The position numbers were made by a program, and so were the translations under genes. A stretch of 64,000 nt of DNA from Mizuhopecten yessoensis (Eukaryota): assembly GCF_002113885.1 (NCBI RefSeq), contig NW_018407797.1, positions 2,775-66,774 on the forward strand. Direction: 5' to 3'. This document shows, one piece after another, positions 53,896 through 64,000 of the stretch. The notes beneath the pieces were generated by a model. The model had not been told where the DNA came from. It searched no databases and was given only the letters and a program-made list of their open reading frames with translations. Every line of letters begins with the position of its first letter. Within the stretch, counting starts at the first letter, position 1.

Positions 53896-54820
53896 CTAAA
53901 AAGATAGAAAGAAATCAGTTCATGATATGTTCATGGAAAAAGATAATTCACTTCATCTGCAAATGCAGAGATTACAAATTAAGAAATAAATAATGTAAAT
54001 CTCGTACCAATACTATCCAATAGAGCAATAAGATTCATTATATAAAGAACAAGTAACCCTGTATTGTTGTATACCCGACATCTGACCTTTGATCTTTGAC
54101 CTTCAGTCACAACTAAGATGCTTCTTCGTGTTACTATATTTACCTTTGGCATGCATGTTCGCTCATGTATTTGTACAAACCAAATTGAAGTTGTGGTTAT
54201 GACACCAATTCTATTTCTGTCGAATATCCCCAGTAAATAAGATCGCTGGACTGCTGATCTGTCAATAAGTTTCATTGAAGTTACATCTGCAAAACACTAA
54301 ATGACCTATAAAATATTTTGCTGACATTCCCTTCATTATTAATGAGAAAATGATGTTTGAGAATGATAACCAGGTAATTTTAGACCTTGACCTTTGACTT
54401 TTAGCCTTCAAAATCCACATACATCTTTCTAGTGACATGCTTCAAATCCAAAATTAATCAGATAATAGTAATGTTGACATTAATCTTCAGCCTCTGGAGC
54501 ATTCTAAATTACTAATACATGTATCTTCATTTGATTTAGTGGAATAACAAATTAGGTTTTTTATAATCCAATCATTAATTTTGAAATTTTATTTTTTTAA
54601 ACCGAGTCCAAGTTTATAAAGCTTTCCACATTTACAACCTAGTGAATTTGACATTCACCCTTTGAAAGATAAAGCTTTGAATAGGTTGACCCATGTCGTT
54701 TCATGGCAGATTCTCTATGACTGCTAGCATTGTTTTTCCAGCTTTTGTGGTTTCAAAACCCTTAGTTTAAGGTTGTCAAGATTATTTTCAATTATTTTCA
54801 TAAGTATGTTCTTTACTTAC

Positions 54821-54920
54821 ACTTCAAACAGGATAGGCATGAGACGCTTGCGAGTGACTCCTGTGTGAAATGTTCTGGCTGTCAGCTCCTGGCCAATATA
54901 ACAGCCCTTGTGGAAACACA
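54821..54920 (-). CDS. IBA57: IBA57 coding exon 5
   Basis: Signature [22 protein letters not shown]; AG/GT borders in consistent phase. Confidence 0.95.
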
Positions 54921-55569
54921 CTGAAAAGTAATATGAAGCTTTGTCACTATACAGTAATGTGTGGATCAGTTGAAGACTTTGAACATATTTGACCCTTGTG
55001 ACCTTCAAAATAGGTCAATGTTATTCATTTGGATGGCATATAAGTCGAGATCATTATGTTAAACAAATTTAAATTTGCCTTCCATCCGAGCAAGCAACAC
55101 ACAAAAATAAAGACTCCATGCTTTATGGATTTGAAAAAGCTACTTAAAGAAAAACAAGATACTAGATAGTGGAAGGACTGAAGAAATAACTTAAGGAAAA
55201 TGTTTTTAACACAGTCACATCTATATGTTAACGTCAAACTTTTGTTTTTTCTCGCGTTCTTTTTTTTTGGTTAGTTTGCCGCCCACAGCTACAATTTGAT
55301 AACTTATATATTATGAATAAAAAGTGTATCATGTTACAGTTTGTTAAAAACAAAGATTTCAGAACTTTTTGATTAGGACAGTGGCCATGTTCCAAAGGTG
55401 TAATTTTGACTACTCTTATATAATTTATTTCATTCCACACACACAAAATTGACAAACATATGTGACTAAATCTGACAATCTATCATTTTAGCATGACCTA
55501 CCCAACAGAATTAAACCCCTTATGCCAGCAGTCCAACCTGCACCTACCAAATTACCTTACCAGGGTTCA

Positions 55570-56036
55570 AACACTTGGATAGTTAGGTGGCAGTGTTAGG
55601 GTCAATAACAACCTTGGTTAGTTAGGAGGCAGTGTTAGGGTCAATAACAACCTTGGCGGGTCAGGTGGCAATGTTAGGGTCAATGACAACATTGGTTAGT
55701 TAGGTGGCAGTGTTTGGGTCAATAACATCCTTGGTTAGTTAGGTGGCAGTGTTAGAGTCAATAACAACCTTGGTTAGTTAGGTGACAGTGTTAGGGTCAA
55801 TAACAAATTTGGTGGGTCAGGTGGCAGTGTTAGGGTCAATAACAACCTTGGTTAGTTAGGTGGCAGTGTTAGGGTCAATAACAACCTTGGTGGGTCAGGT
55901 GGCAATGTTAGGGTCAATGACAACCTTGGTTAGTTAGGTGGCAGTGTTTGGGTCAATAACAACCTTGGTTAGTTAGGTGGCAGTGTTAGGGTCAATGACA
56001 ACCTTGGAGGGTCAGGTGGCAGTGTTAGGGTCAATG
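55570..56036. repeat. 39-bp intronic minisatellite
   Basis: About twelve copies of TTAGGTGGCAGTGTTAGGGTCAATAACAACCTTGGTTAG. Confidence 0.9.
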
Positions 56037-56085
56037 AAAATTTCAAAATATATAATAAAAGGACTAGTGTTGATAAATGCCTCAC

Positions 56086-56223
56086 CTCCATTTAGATAGA
56101 CAGCATTACTCTCCAGGGGGAAACAGTTCCCCGGGGGTAGGTCCACCACACCCTCCCCTATACCTGACTGGTATCGCTGTCTGTGATAGTCTTCCTCACA
56201 CTTTTCTTCTTTAATCCCAAACC
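56086..56223 (-). CDS. IBA57: IBA57 coding exon 4
   Basis: [35 protein letters not shown]; phase 1/1 borders. Confidence 0.93.
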
Positions 56224-56588
56224 CTAAAAAAAAAAATATATATATACATATCAAACTAGAAAATGTCTGTAAGACATGAATGCCTCCTTGGCCCTTTGGT
56301 TTACCTAGAAATAGCAACAGTGACCTTGGTTTTGACCTTGGGATCCTGAGATAAGAACTCATCTGAGGTATTTACATACTTGATAAACTCCGATGAGAAT
56401 CTGTTAAGAAATGAAGTTGGTAGAGTCATGACTATGAATCAGACGAGATTGGACAGATATGGGTAACACTATTCCCAATCTCCCCCACCTCAATTTAAAG
56501 GGGAAGGGGTGGTTGTGAAAAAAGCCTCTCCATATCTCTATGACACTTGATGCAAAATCAAAAGCCAAATTATCAATAGAAACTTTAC

Positions 56589-56766
56589 CTTTGAGTACAG
56601 ATGGTGAGCTGTCTGCTATGATTCTCCAACCAAAGCTGTTCACTCGAGGATCTTGGGTTGCTGATATTATTCCTGGCAGATGCTTGTCAAGGGAAATCTT
56701 CTGATCATCACCTTGACACAGAGCAGCAAACACCTTGTGATCCTCTGACACATCAGCAATGTCAAC
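56589..56766 (-). CDS. IBA57: IBA57 coding exon 3
   Basis: VDIADV...DPRVNSFGWR; phase 0/1 borders. Confidence 0.88.
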
Positions 56767-56786
56767 CTGAAAAATAGAGATATAGT

Positions 56787-57188
56787 TGTAACAGAGAAGA
56801 GAGTAGTGTGATTCTACCAGGGGATCGAACCCGCTATCCCAGACTTCCTAGTAGGCTGCTCTACCACTGAGCTAAAGGGAAATTCCCTCTAGAGTAAAGC
56901 TAGAAGTCAACTGTAATTGTATGTGTAATTCAAATCTGCCACACTACTCCCCCTTTTTAAATGTGTTCGCCCCCATACACCACAACTCAGGTTCTAACTC
57001 CCTGTCACTACAGGGAGAGCTATGGACACCATTTGAAACAGGAAAGAGAATAGTGTGCTTCCACCCGGGATCGAACCCACAATTCCTAGGTTCCCAGTCG
57101 GACACTTTACCACTGAGCTAAAAGGAAATTCTGTCTAGCTTAAGCTAGAATGTGACTGTAATTCTATGTACAATTAAAATCTGCCACA
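56787..57188 (-). mobile_element. TRIM (miniature LTR retrotransposon) with tRNA-like LTRs
   Basis: TG...CA LTRs at 57188-57034 and 56943-56787 with a 90-bp interior. PBS-like AATGGTGTCC, PPT AAAAAGGGGGAGTAG, TSD TAGT. Box A and box B in each LTR. Confidence 0.88.
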
Positions 57189-57700
57189 TAGTGAAACCTG
57201 TCTAATCTGACACACTGTGAGAGACAATATATATTAAACGGATTAACCTATCCAATCAGACACCCTGTAAGACACAATATACAGGTCAGATTAGGCAGAA
57301 TGTCAGGTCTTATTTGGTAGTGTTTATAAGAAATGTTATGTTTAATTAGACAATAAGTCAAAATAACAAGAGGATTAGAAATATTTTGTTGTAAAATAAA
57401 CAATTCAATGTATTATGTTGTGCAGATGTTCAAACAAATATCAACTTTTTAAACACTTTAAATAATATTCTGAAAAAAAATTATAAGAATAATAACATGA
57501 CTTTTAATGGATATCCAAACACTGTTTCATCGGAATGCCAGTTGCTACAATGGAAGTTATTATAAGCCTTTCTACTTTAGAGCAGACAATTACAGACATG
57601 TAGGTTATGTCACAAGATGTCTTTTGATTTTTTTGGGGATACCTAAATTCTGTGCATCTTATCGGAATAAATTAAAATATTTCAGATTAAAACATTTTAT

Positions 57701-59156
57701 AAACAAGAGGCCAAGAGGGCCTGTATCGCTTACCTGGAAATGTTAGTAAAATTGAAGTTGGAATAGCTAGATGTTGCTGGTAGTGTACATGTATTACATG
57801 GTTAGTCAGGGGTTATATTTATGGAATTGGACAAAATCCTGTCATTCCTACAGGAAAAGAAGGATTTTGAAGAATTTGCTTTGTTTCCTCTGTTGGGCCC
57901 CTTCCCTCGGCCCCTTCCCTCTGCCCCAAGGGGGGTCAGACTCACCTTTGATACAAAATCAGGTCGCCTTTATTTACCCAATGATGTTTTAGACAAAATA
58001 TGGACAAAATTCTTTTATTCCTACAGAAGAATAATTTTCAAGAATTTGCTAAATTACCTCTATTGGCCCCCACCTCTCAGGCCCCAGGGGGATCAGACAC
58101 ACCATTTACACAAAATTGATTTCCCTTCCGCATAGGTGATACTGTTCAAATTTGGTCAAAATACCTTCATCCTAACAAAAGAAAAAAGGATATTAAAGAT
58201 ATTCCTCTATATCCCTTATTTGGCCCTGCCTCTCTGCCCCCAGTGGGGTCAGTGGTTCCCCTTCACCCAAGGATACTTCATACCAAATTTGGACAAAATC
58301 CTGTCATTCCTACAGAAGGACAAGGATTTTGTAGAATTTGCTATATTTCCCCTATTGGGCCCCACCCCTATGCCCCAAGGGGGGCCACACCAAGATCAAG
58401 ATGCAAGGATGTTCCAGACTAATTTAGAATCCTTTAATCCCTACTGTAGAAGAAGGATTTTAAATGTTTCACCTCTATTTCCCCTTTTCGACCCCGCCCC
58501 TCTGCCCCCAAGGGGGTCACAACCACTGTTTTTACAAAATTGAGTCCCCTTTGCCCAAATATGCTCCAGACTAAATAAGGATAAAATCCTTTAATCCCTA
58601 TGATAGAAGAAGGATTTTAAAGGTTTTACTTCTATTTCCCCTATTCGGCCCCGCCCCACTGCCCCCAGGGGGCCCACACCCAGCGTTTATACAAAATTTA
58701 GTCCCCTTGGCCCAAAGATGCTCCAGACTAATTTAGGATCAAATTCCTTTATCCCTATGGTAGAAGACAGATTTTAAAGGTTTTACCTCTATTTCCCCTA
58801 TTCGGCCCCGCCCCACTGCCCCCAGGGGGGGCTACACCCATCGTTTATACAAAATTGTTTTCCCTTTGCCCAAGGATGCTCCAGACTAATTTAGAATAAA
58901 ATCCCTTAATCCCTACGGTAGAGGAAGGATTTTAAAGGTTTTACCTCTATTTCCCCTATTTGGCCCCAACCCACTGCCCCCAGGGGGGCCACACCCACGG
59001 TTTATACAAATTTGAGTCTCCTTGGCCTAAGGATGCTCCAGACCAAATTTAGTCAAAATCTATTTAGCCGTTCAGGACAAGTAGCATTTAAAAGGAAAAG
59101 TTGACGGACGGACGACGGTTGGACGATGGAGTCCTTCGGACCAGGTGAGCTAAAAA
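57701..59156 (-). mobile_element. HINE/DINE-1-like element (same terminus type as 1-1136) with a ~157-bp internal array, in IBA57 intron 2
   Basis: AACAAGAGGCC..GGGCCTGTATCGCTTACCTG at one end. (GACG)n and CAGGTGAGCTAAAAA at the other. Confidence 0.8.
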
Positions 59157-59269
59157 TTACCGGTATATAACATTTGTAAACTCAAATTGTTAAAAAAGTA
59201 AAAAAAACTTACTGGTACTTATTTTACTTTTTGTAATCTCATTCAATCGGAAATTTTGTTAATACACAC

Positions 59270-59642
59270 TTAAATAGAAGAAAGAAAATGCATCACCAGA
59301 CCAGGATTCAGACCTGGGACCTCAAAACTGTAGATACAAAATTGTAGACATCCCAACCTATACGGCCATCTGGTGACCAGCAATTAATTGACCCGGTCCA
59401 GTTTTTTCTTCATTCCTCTCACTTTTTTTCTCACCCCTAAGACAACACTATATACAACCAAGGTTTGGGTATATCCTTGTCAAGCATTCACCCAGTTCTT
59501 GAAACAAGGATTGGTCACAGGCACCAATGTAACAGCAGAGGAAAATGCACATTCAGACCGGGCTTCGAACCCAGGACCTCCAAACCCCAACTAATCCAGA
59601 CACCTGGTCACCTGTGTTTAACTCTATCCAGTTCAGTTACCA
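59270..59642 (-). mobile_element. Possible second, degenerate tRNA-LTR TRIM
   Basis: Two diverged direct repeats with box-B-like motifs (GAAAATGCA..CAGACC.GG.TTC.AACC). On the - strand, TTACA is followed by TTGGTGCCTGTGACC (PBS-like), and there is a purine-rich tract. Confidence 0.4.
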
Positions 59643-59739
59643 AAACTGCAAATTGAGCAGAGTCAGTACAGCCATAGTTTCACATTTTTAAAATTAGGAA
59701 CATGCAACATTTTGGATCCAAAATCTGACAAAAACTCAC

Positions 59740-59874
59740 CTTCTTCCTGATTTTATATCTTTTGAGGAGTTTGATGAGCTCTGATGTGACATTTGCGTCA
59801 CTCTCCAACAGGAGGACAGAGTTCCCTGATACATCCGTGGAGTGGTACATTAATAGATCATACAGAACACGACC
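59740..59874 (-). CDS. IBA57: IBA57 coding exon 2
   Basis: GRVLYDLLMY...LLLESD...LKRYKIRKK; phase 0/0. Completes the conserved LNVQ|GR.LYD motif. Confidence 0.92.
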
Positions 59875-60175
59875 CTGTAATACAAAAATGTCATACAGAA
59901 CATGACCCTGTAATACAAAAATGTCATACAGAACACGACCCTGTTATATAAAAATGTCATACAGAACACGACCCTGTAATACAAAAATGTCATACAGAAC
60001 ACAACCCTGTAATACAAAAATGTCATACAGAACACGACCCTGTTATACAAAAATGTCATACAGCACAAAACCCTGTAATTCAAAAATAGCATACAGAACA
60101 TGGTCATGTAACACAAAATGTCATACAGCAAACGATAATGTAATAAAAACATGTCATAAAGAACACAACCATATA
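59858..60175. repeat. 33-bp minisatellite made of the IBA57 exon 2 acceptor junction
   Basis: The - strand unit is CATTTTTGTATTACAG|GGTCGTGTTCTGTATGA. About nine copies, degrading away from the exon. Confidence 0.92.
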
Positions 60176-60613
60176 GTACATAAAGGATGTTCAATGGTTT
60201 CCAGATGAAAACATTATACATTTCATGAGTATGGCAGAAAATTAACATTTTTCACAGGTACGAAGCAGGACTGAAAATATCTGTAAAGAAAAGAGGCTCA
60301 ATGATCCTGTTTCACTGACATGTCGTTTTCATTAGAACTAGGCAAGAAGTTAATATGTTCATACAAACTTGAGACCATGATTGCCACTATATTTCTGATT
60401 GACCAGTCAATAAAATAAGACTTGGTAATGACATGAATATTTGTACCATGTTAAAGTTTGGATAAAATTGATCCATGAGATGAGAACTTAATAAAAAACA
60501 AGAGACATAAATTCAGCTTATACAAAAATAATTTTCTTTAAATTGTATACTTGTTTTGCATAAAATTCAAATTTTTAATCCAATAATATATTATTGTTAC
60601 ATATTGAGTTTAC

Positions 60614-60931
60614 CTGTACATTGAGCATCAAAGTATACAGACTGGGAATTTTGCCTCCAACAACAGCGACATCGTTTGTGACCAGACCCTGGAGGAATGG
60701 GACCGTGTCAGGCCCCTTCAGTCTAATTATTCCACGACTCCTCAAAGGATGAACGCTCCACTTTGCCCCTATTACATCATCACTGAAATGCCTGAGAGAT
60801 TGGACTGTTACGGTTTTTAAAGATGTCAAACATTGGTGGCAGTGTTTACATTTGTAACAGGGATGAGACTGGATGGCTGCTCTCTGGGAAACGCCTTGCA
60901 AACTCCTTAGTTGTGACAGTAAACCCCTCAT
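60614..60931 (-). CDS. IBA57: IBA57 (CAF17/YgfZ-like mitochondrial Fe-S assembly factor), coding exon 1
   Basis: Arg/Leu/Ser-rich presequence, then RGIIRLKGPDTVPFLQGLVTNDV...MLNVQ followed by a GTAAAC donor. The six exons total 1074 nt (357 aa). Confidence 0.95.
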
Positions 60932-62149
60932 GTCTACAGAGCTTCATACGCACTTTAGGGAGAGAAAAAACAACTACATAGATACCTGTTAATTTAAGTA
61001 TTCAGATGGTTTCTTCAGATATTCCTTTCGACTGATATAAGCTAATCAACTATACCTACTCACATCCACTGGCCAACCCACAAGTATTTCTCACTAGAGT
61101 ACTTGTACTTCTAAGAGGTGGAGCTGCAGTTTAAATTCAATTCAGTTTAATTCAAATTTATTGATATTGCAGCATACACGCATAGAATTCAAACATTTTA
61201 ATAATTAATGTATCGTCTGAGGACCTGTTTCTGTGCAATCTTTGTGATGTCATTGTTTACTTGGTAGTGAAAGCAAACAATTTGCATAGATCTGTGAGAA
61301 TGTCAAAGAAAATTAACCAAATACCAGTAAATGAATATTACTCAAAAACACATGGAAAAGAGGCATTTCCATCACCTTTATTCTTTCAGATTCAAAACCT
61401 TAGAAATACTCACGAAAAATGTATATTTTTTCTAATACGTATACATTGTATATATATATATATATGCTACATTTCGTCATTGTCTGCTCAACAAAATCTT
61501 GTGACTGTCATTTAAAAAGTTTTGTTGTGATTAAAAATGAAGCAGATACAAAATTCAAAATTATTTAGTAAACCTTTTACAGATACTCTTTCATCTTTTT
61601 GTACCGTAGCAGTATTTTTTTATTTACAGTTAATATATAAAACGTGTGCTATAAAAAGACAGGCACAGAAATTGGTCACATTATAGTGGTGTTCAATGTC
61701 GAAGAGGATATTGAATAAGTGATCATTGTAGAGTAATAAAGGAACTGATTGCAAAATGACTTCACAGTTAAAATTAAAAGCTAAACATTGTTGATAAACA
61801 ATGTAAAGCAACTAGTTGCTTAATTTTGCTCCTCTTCGTTTATTCGGCAAATTTCACATTAAAGGCTCAGAAACGAGTCACCTGAAGCTACGTACAATCA
61901 AACTAATGTCATGAATAAGCCAATCTGGCGCACTGTGGGTAGACAGATATAAACTAAAAAGCTAAACAGTAAATGCTTGACACATTATATTAATTTACTT
62001 CATAACGTCAGTTATCTAGATTCTTACATATTCTTCATCATTTAAAATTGGAAAAAATACAAGAACGAATACCTTCGTTTTAAGGTCACACCAGTTAGCT
62101 TGACATATAGCTCCCAGGTCGAAGAAGTTATCCAACTGCTGTAACCTTG

Positions 62150-62438
62150 TCAGTAACTGTTCCTATCTAGTTTCGTTTTTATAAAGGGCGATAACTGTGA
62201 TGCAACATTACTCTCTTAAAAATACAGATATTTTCAAACAAAAAAAAAACCAAAAAAATAAATATGAATTTTCTTGGTGCAATATTAGGGTTGATAGGAT
62301 TTAAATTCTCATTAATATTGACTTTTGTAGAACATTCAGCCCGAAACTACTACTTCCGGATTTGACACGAGCCACCGGCATTTGATATGATGACTATCGA
62401 AACTCACGGTTGAAAGTGATTACATACAGTCATCTGCG
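62150..62438. promoter_or_regulatory. Putative bidirectional promoter for IBA57 and NUS1
   Basis: Head-to-head genes. ETS/GABP-type ACTTCCGG at ~62352. A candidate non-coding IBA57 exon donor (AAG|GTATT, - strand) lies near 62072. Confidence 0.45.
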
Positions 62439-62739
62439 ATGATTGGCAACCTAGTGCTGAGACTCATTCATTATGTGCTTTCTCTCGGGATATTTGTCAA
62501 GCATTGGATTCTCCATTTTCCATATCTTGGCTTCGCTTTCCAACAGAAAGCTTTGGCCGGAAGTCTAAGTTATGGTCTGCAAACACAGATTGAAGCTGAC
62601 GCAAGATCGTTTCAAAAGTTACCACATCATTTGGGTTTGCTAGTCTTGGAGAACGATGTCTCATTTTCAGACATTGCTAACTTAATTGTCTGGTCGATAA
62701 CCCTTGGAATTTCCTATATCAGCGTATTTGATATCAATG
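62439..62739 (+). CDS. NUS1: NUS1 (Nogo-B receptor, cis-prenyltransferase subunit), first coding exon; the gene continues beyond the window
   Basis: KLPHHLGLLVLE..SFSDIANLIVW....GISYISVFD..G followed by a GTGAG donor. Confidence 0.92.
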
Positions 62740-62756
62740 GTGAGGCCAGTTTTTAA

Positions 62757-63442
62757 GTTGTCAGGTCGTTTCGGTAACAAGACGAAAGTCGTTTCGGGAC
62801 TTTTTTCGGGTCGTTTCGGGACATGTCAAAAGTCGATTCGAGATTTTTCATGTGTTTTTAAGTTTAAACAATCGATTGGATAAAAGTTATTACAAATTAG
62901 CATAGCCTTCTCCCGTCATACAATATATACATTTAGTGATTTACCATTTCCTGATTTTAATAAAACATGAATAAATATATATAATATTCACAGACACGGA
63001 ATACACAACATAAAAACATCGTTCAAAATATATTGCTGGATTTGATGAATTGATACACATGACTAAAATATATTCTTCCTATCAATAACGAAAGAAATTG
63101 AATGTTGAATTTCAAAAGTTCCTCTAGATCTGTATTTAATAATGAGATTAGTTTCACCAGGTAACAGCAACACACTGTCAATCGGGTAAATGTTGGTAGG
63201 TATCCTCTCAAGCACTAGCAATCTATTAACCCTAATGATCCTAAGCACGTGACACAGGTCATAATCTAAAACCATACTTGTGTATTTACAGGACTTTTTA
63301 TGAAACGGGAGCGAAATGTAATTTATAAATGAAAAATATATATGTCCGGAAATGACTTGATTAAGTCCTGAAACATCATGTGTCATGTCCCGAAACGACT
63401 TTGGGACGCCTGAATGACTTGTCACAGAAACGACCTGTTACC
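62757..63442. mobile_element. Non-autonomous DNA transposon with subterminal GTCGTTTCGG repeats
   Basis: CAGGTCGTTTCGG..AAAGTCGTTTCGGGAC on the left; inverted CCCGAAACGACTTT..GAAACGACCTG on the right. Confidence 0.6.
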
Positions 63443-63564
63443 GAAACGTGTACGACTAGCATTCGTTTTGAAACCGTACCTTTGCCCAATAAGATGGTTC
63501 AACTTAATTAGTGACTTTCAGTTACACATACATGTATAGTTGATATTAACTTGATTTTTCACGC

Positions 63565-64000
63565 AGTGGCAGATATAAATTGTGCATAGGCTTACGGTGA
63601 CCTTCTAGCTTTGCATAAAAGGGAATTTCACTGAAGCTCATGATCAGTGGTAGAGCGCCCACTTACTGGAAGTCTGGGATCGCAGGTTGGTTCCCCAGTG
63701 GAGGCAGAACCTTGGTTGCAGTGTTCCAGGGCAAAATCAGTTTAAAAGAGGGAGTAGTGGGGCAGATTCTAAATGTTCATATATAAGGATTATAGTTGCC
63801 TTTGATTCTAGCTCCGTGCTAGAGGGAATTTCTCTTTAGCTATGTGGTAGAGCGTCCAACTACTTAAGTCTTGGATCGCAGGTTTGTTCCCCAGTGGAGG
63901 TACACTACTCTCTTTCCTGTTACAAATGGTGTCCCTGGGCCTCCCTGTAGTGACAGGGAGGTAGAACCTGGGTTGTGGTGTTAGAGGGTGAACACATTTA
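63565..64000 (+). mobile_element. Tandem copy of the tRNA-LTR TRIM (LTR-int-LTR-int...), running off the window
   Basis: Homologous to the reverse complement of 56787-57188. PPT AAAAGAGGGAGTAG precedes the LTR at ~63758-63924, followed by AATGGTGTCC and the interior sequence again. Confidence 0.8.

Noticed and set aside
56811-56880. tRNA gene candidates (also ~14921-15000 and ~63835-63900)
   Set aside because: Acceptor and anticodon stems do not pair properly, and they are embedded in TRIM LTRs or SINEs.
59850-60248. 132-aa hydrophobic repeat ORF
   Set aside because: An out-of-frame translation of the 33-bp acceptor minisatellite.

Overview
AT-rich, repeat-dense animal genomic DNA. The repeat types (Helentron/DINE-like elements, V-SINE-like elements, TRIMs) suggest a lophotrochozoan, probably a bivalve; this is inference. 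Host genes are: (i) a prostanoid-receptor-like class A GPCR with two coding exons (- strand, 27011-26244 + 23134-22937); (ii) a complete IBA57/CAF17 gene with six coding exons (- strand, 60931-53691, 357 aa by my exon arithmetic); and (iii) the first coding exon of NUS1 (+ strand, from 62439), head-to-head with IBA57. The rest is mostly mobile DNA and satellites. A full-length but mutated DIRS1-type tyrosine-recombinase retrotransposon (38173-44736) retains inverted termini, an ICR, a gag-like ORF, RT/RNaseH, a Dam-like methylase and YR. Miniature LTR elements (TRIMs) carry tRNA-like Pol III boxes in their LTRs. There are also four DINE-1/HINE-like elements with internal tandem arrays, several MITEs and foldback elements, degenerate LINEs, and 33-63 bp minisatellites. 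A ~3 kb near-identical duplication flanks an N gap. The most notable items are the tRNA-in-LTR TRIM family, a minisatellite built from an IBA57 splice-acceptor/exon junction, and the dual-coding, methylase-bearing DIRS with an intact prion-like gag. All calls were made by eye; no database searches were run.
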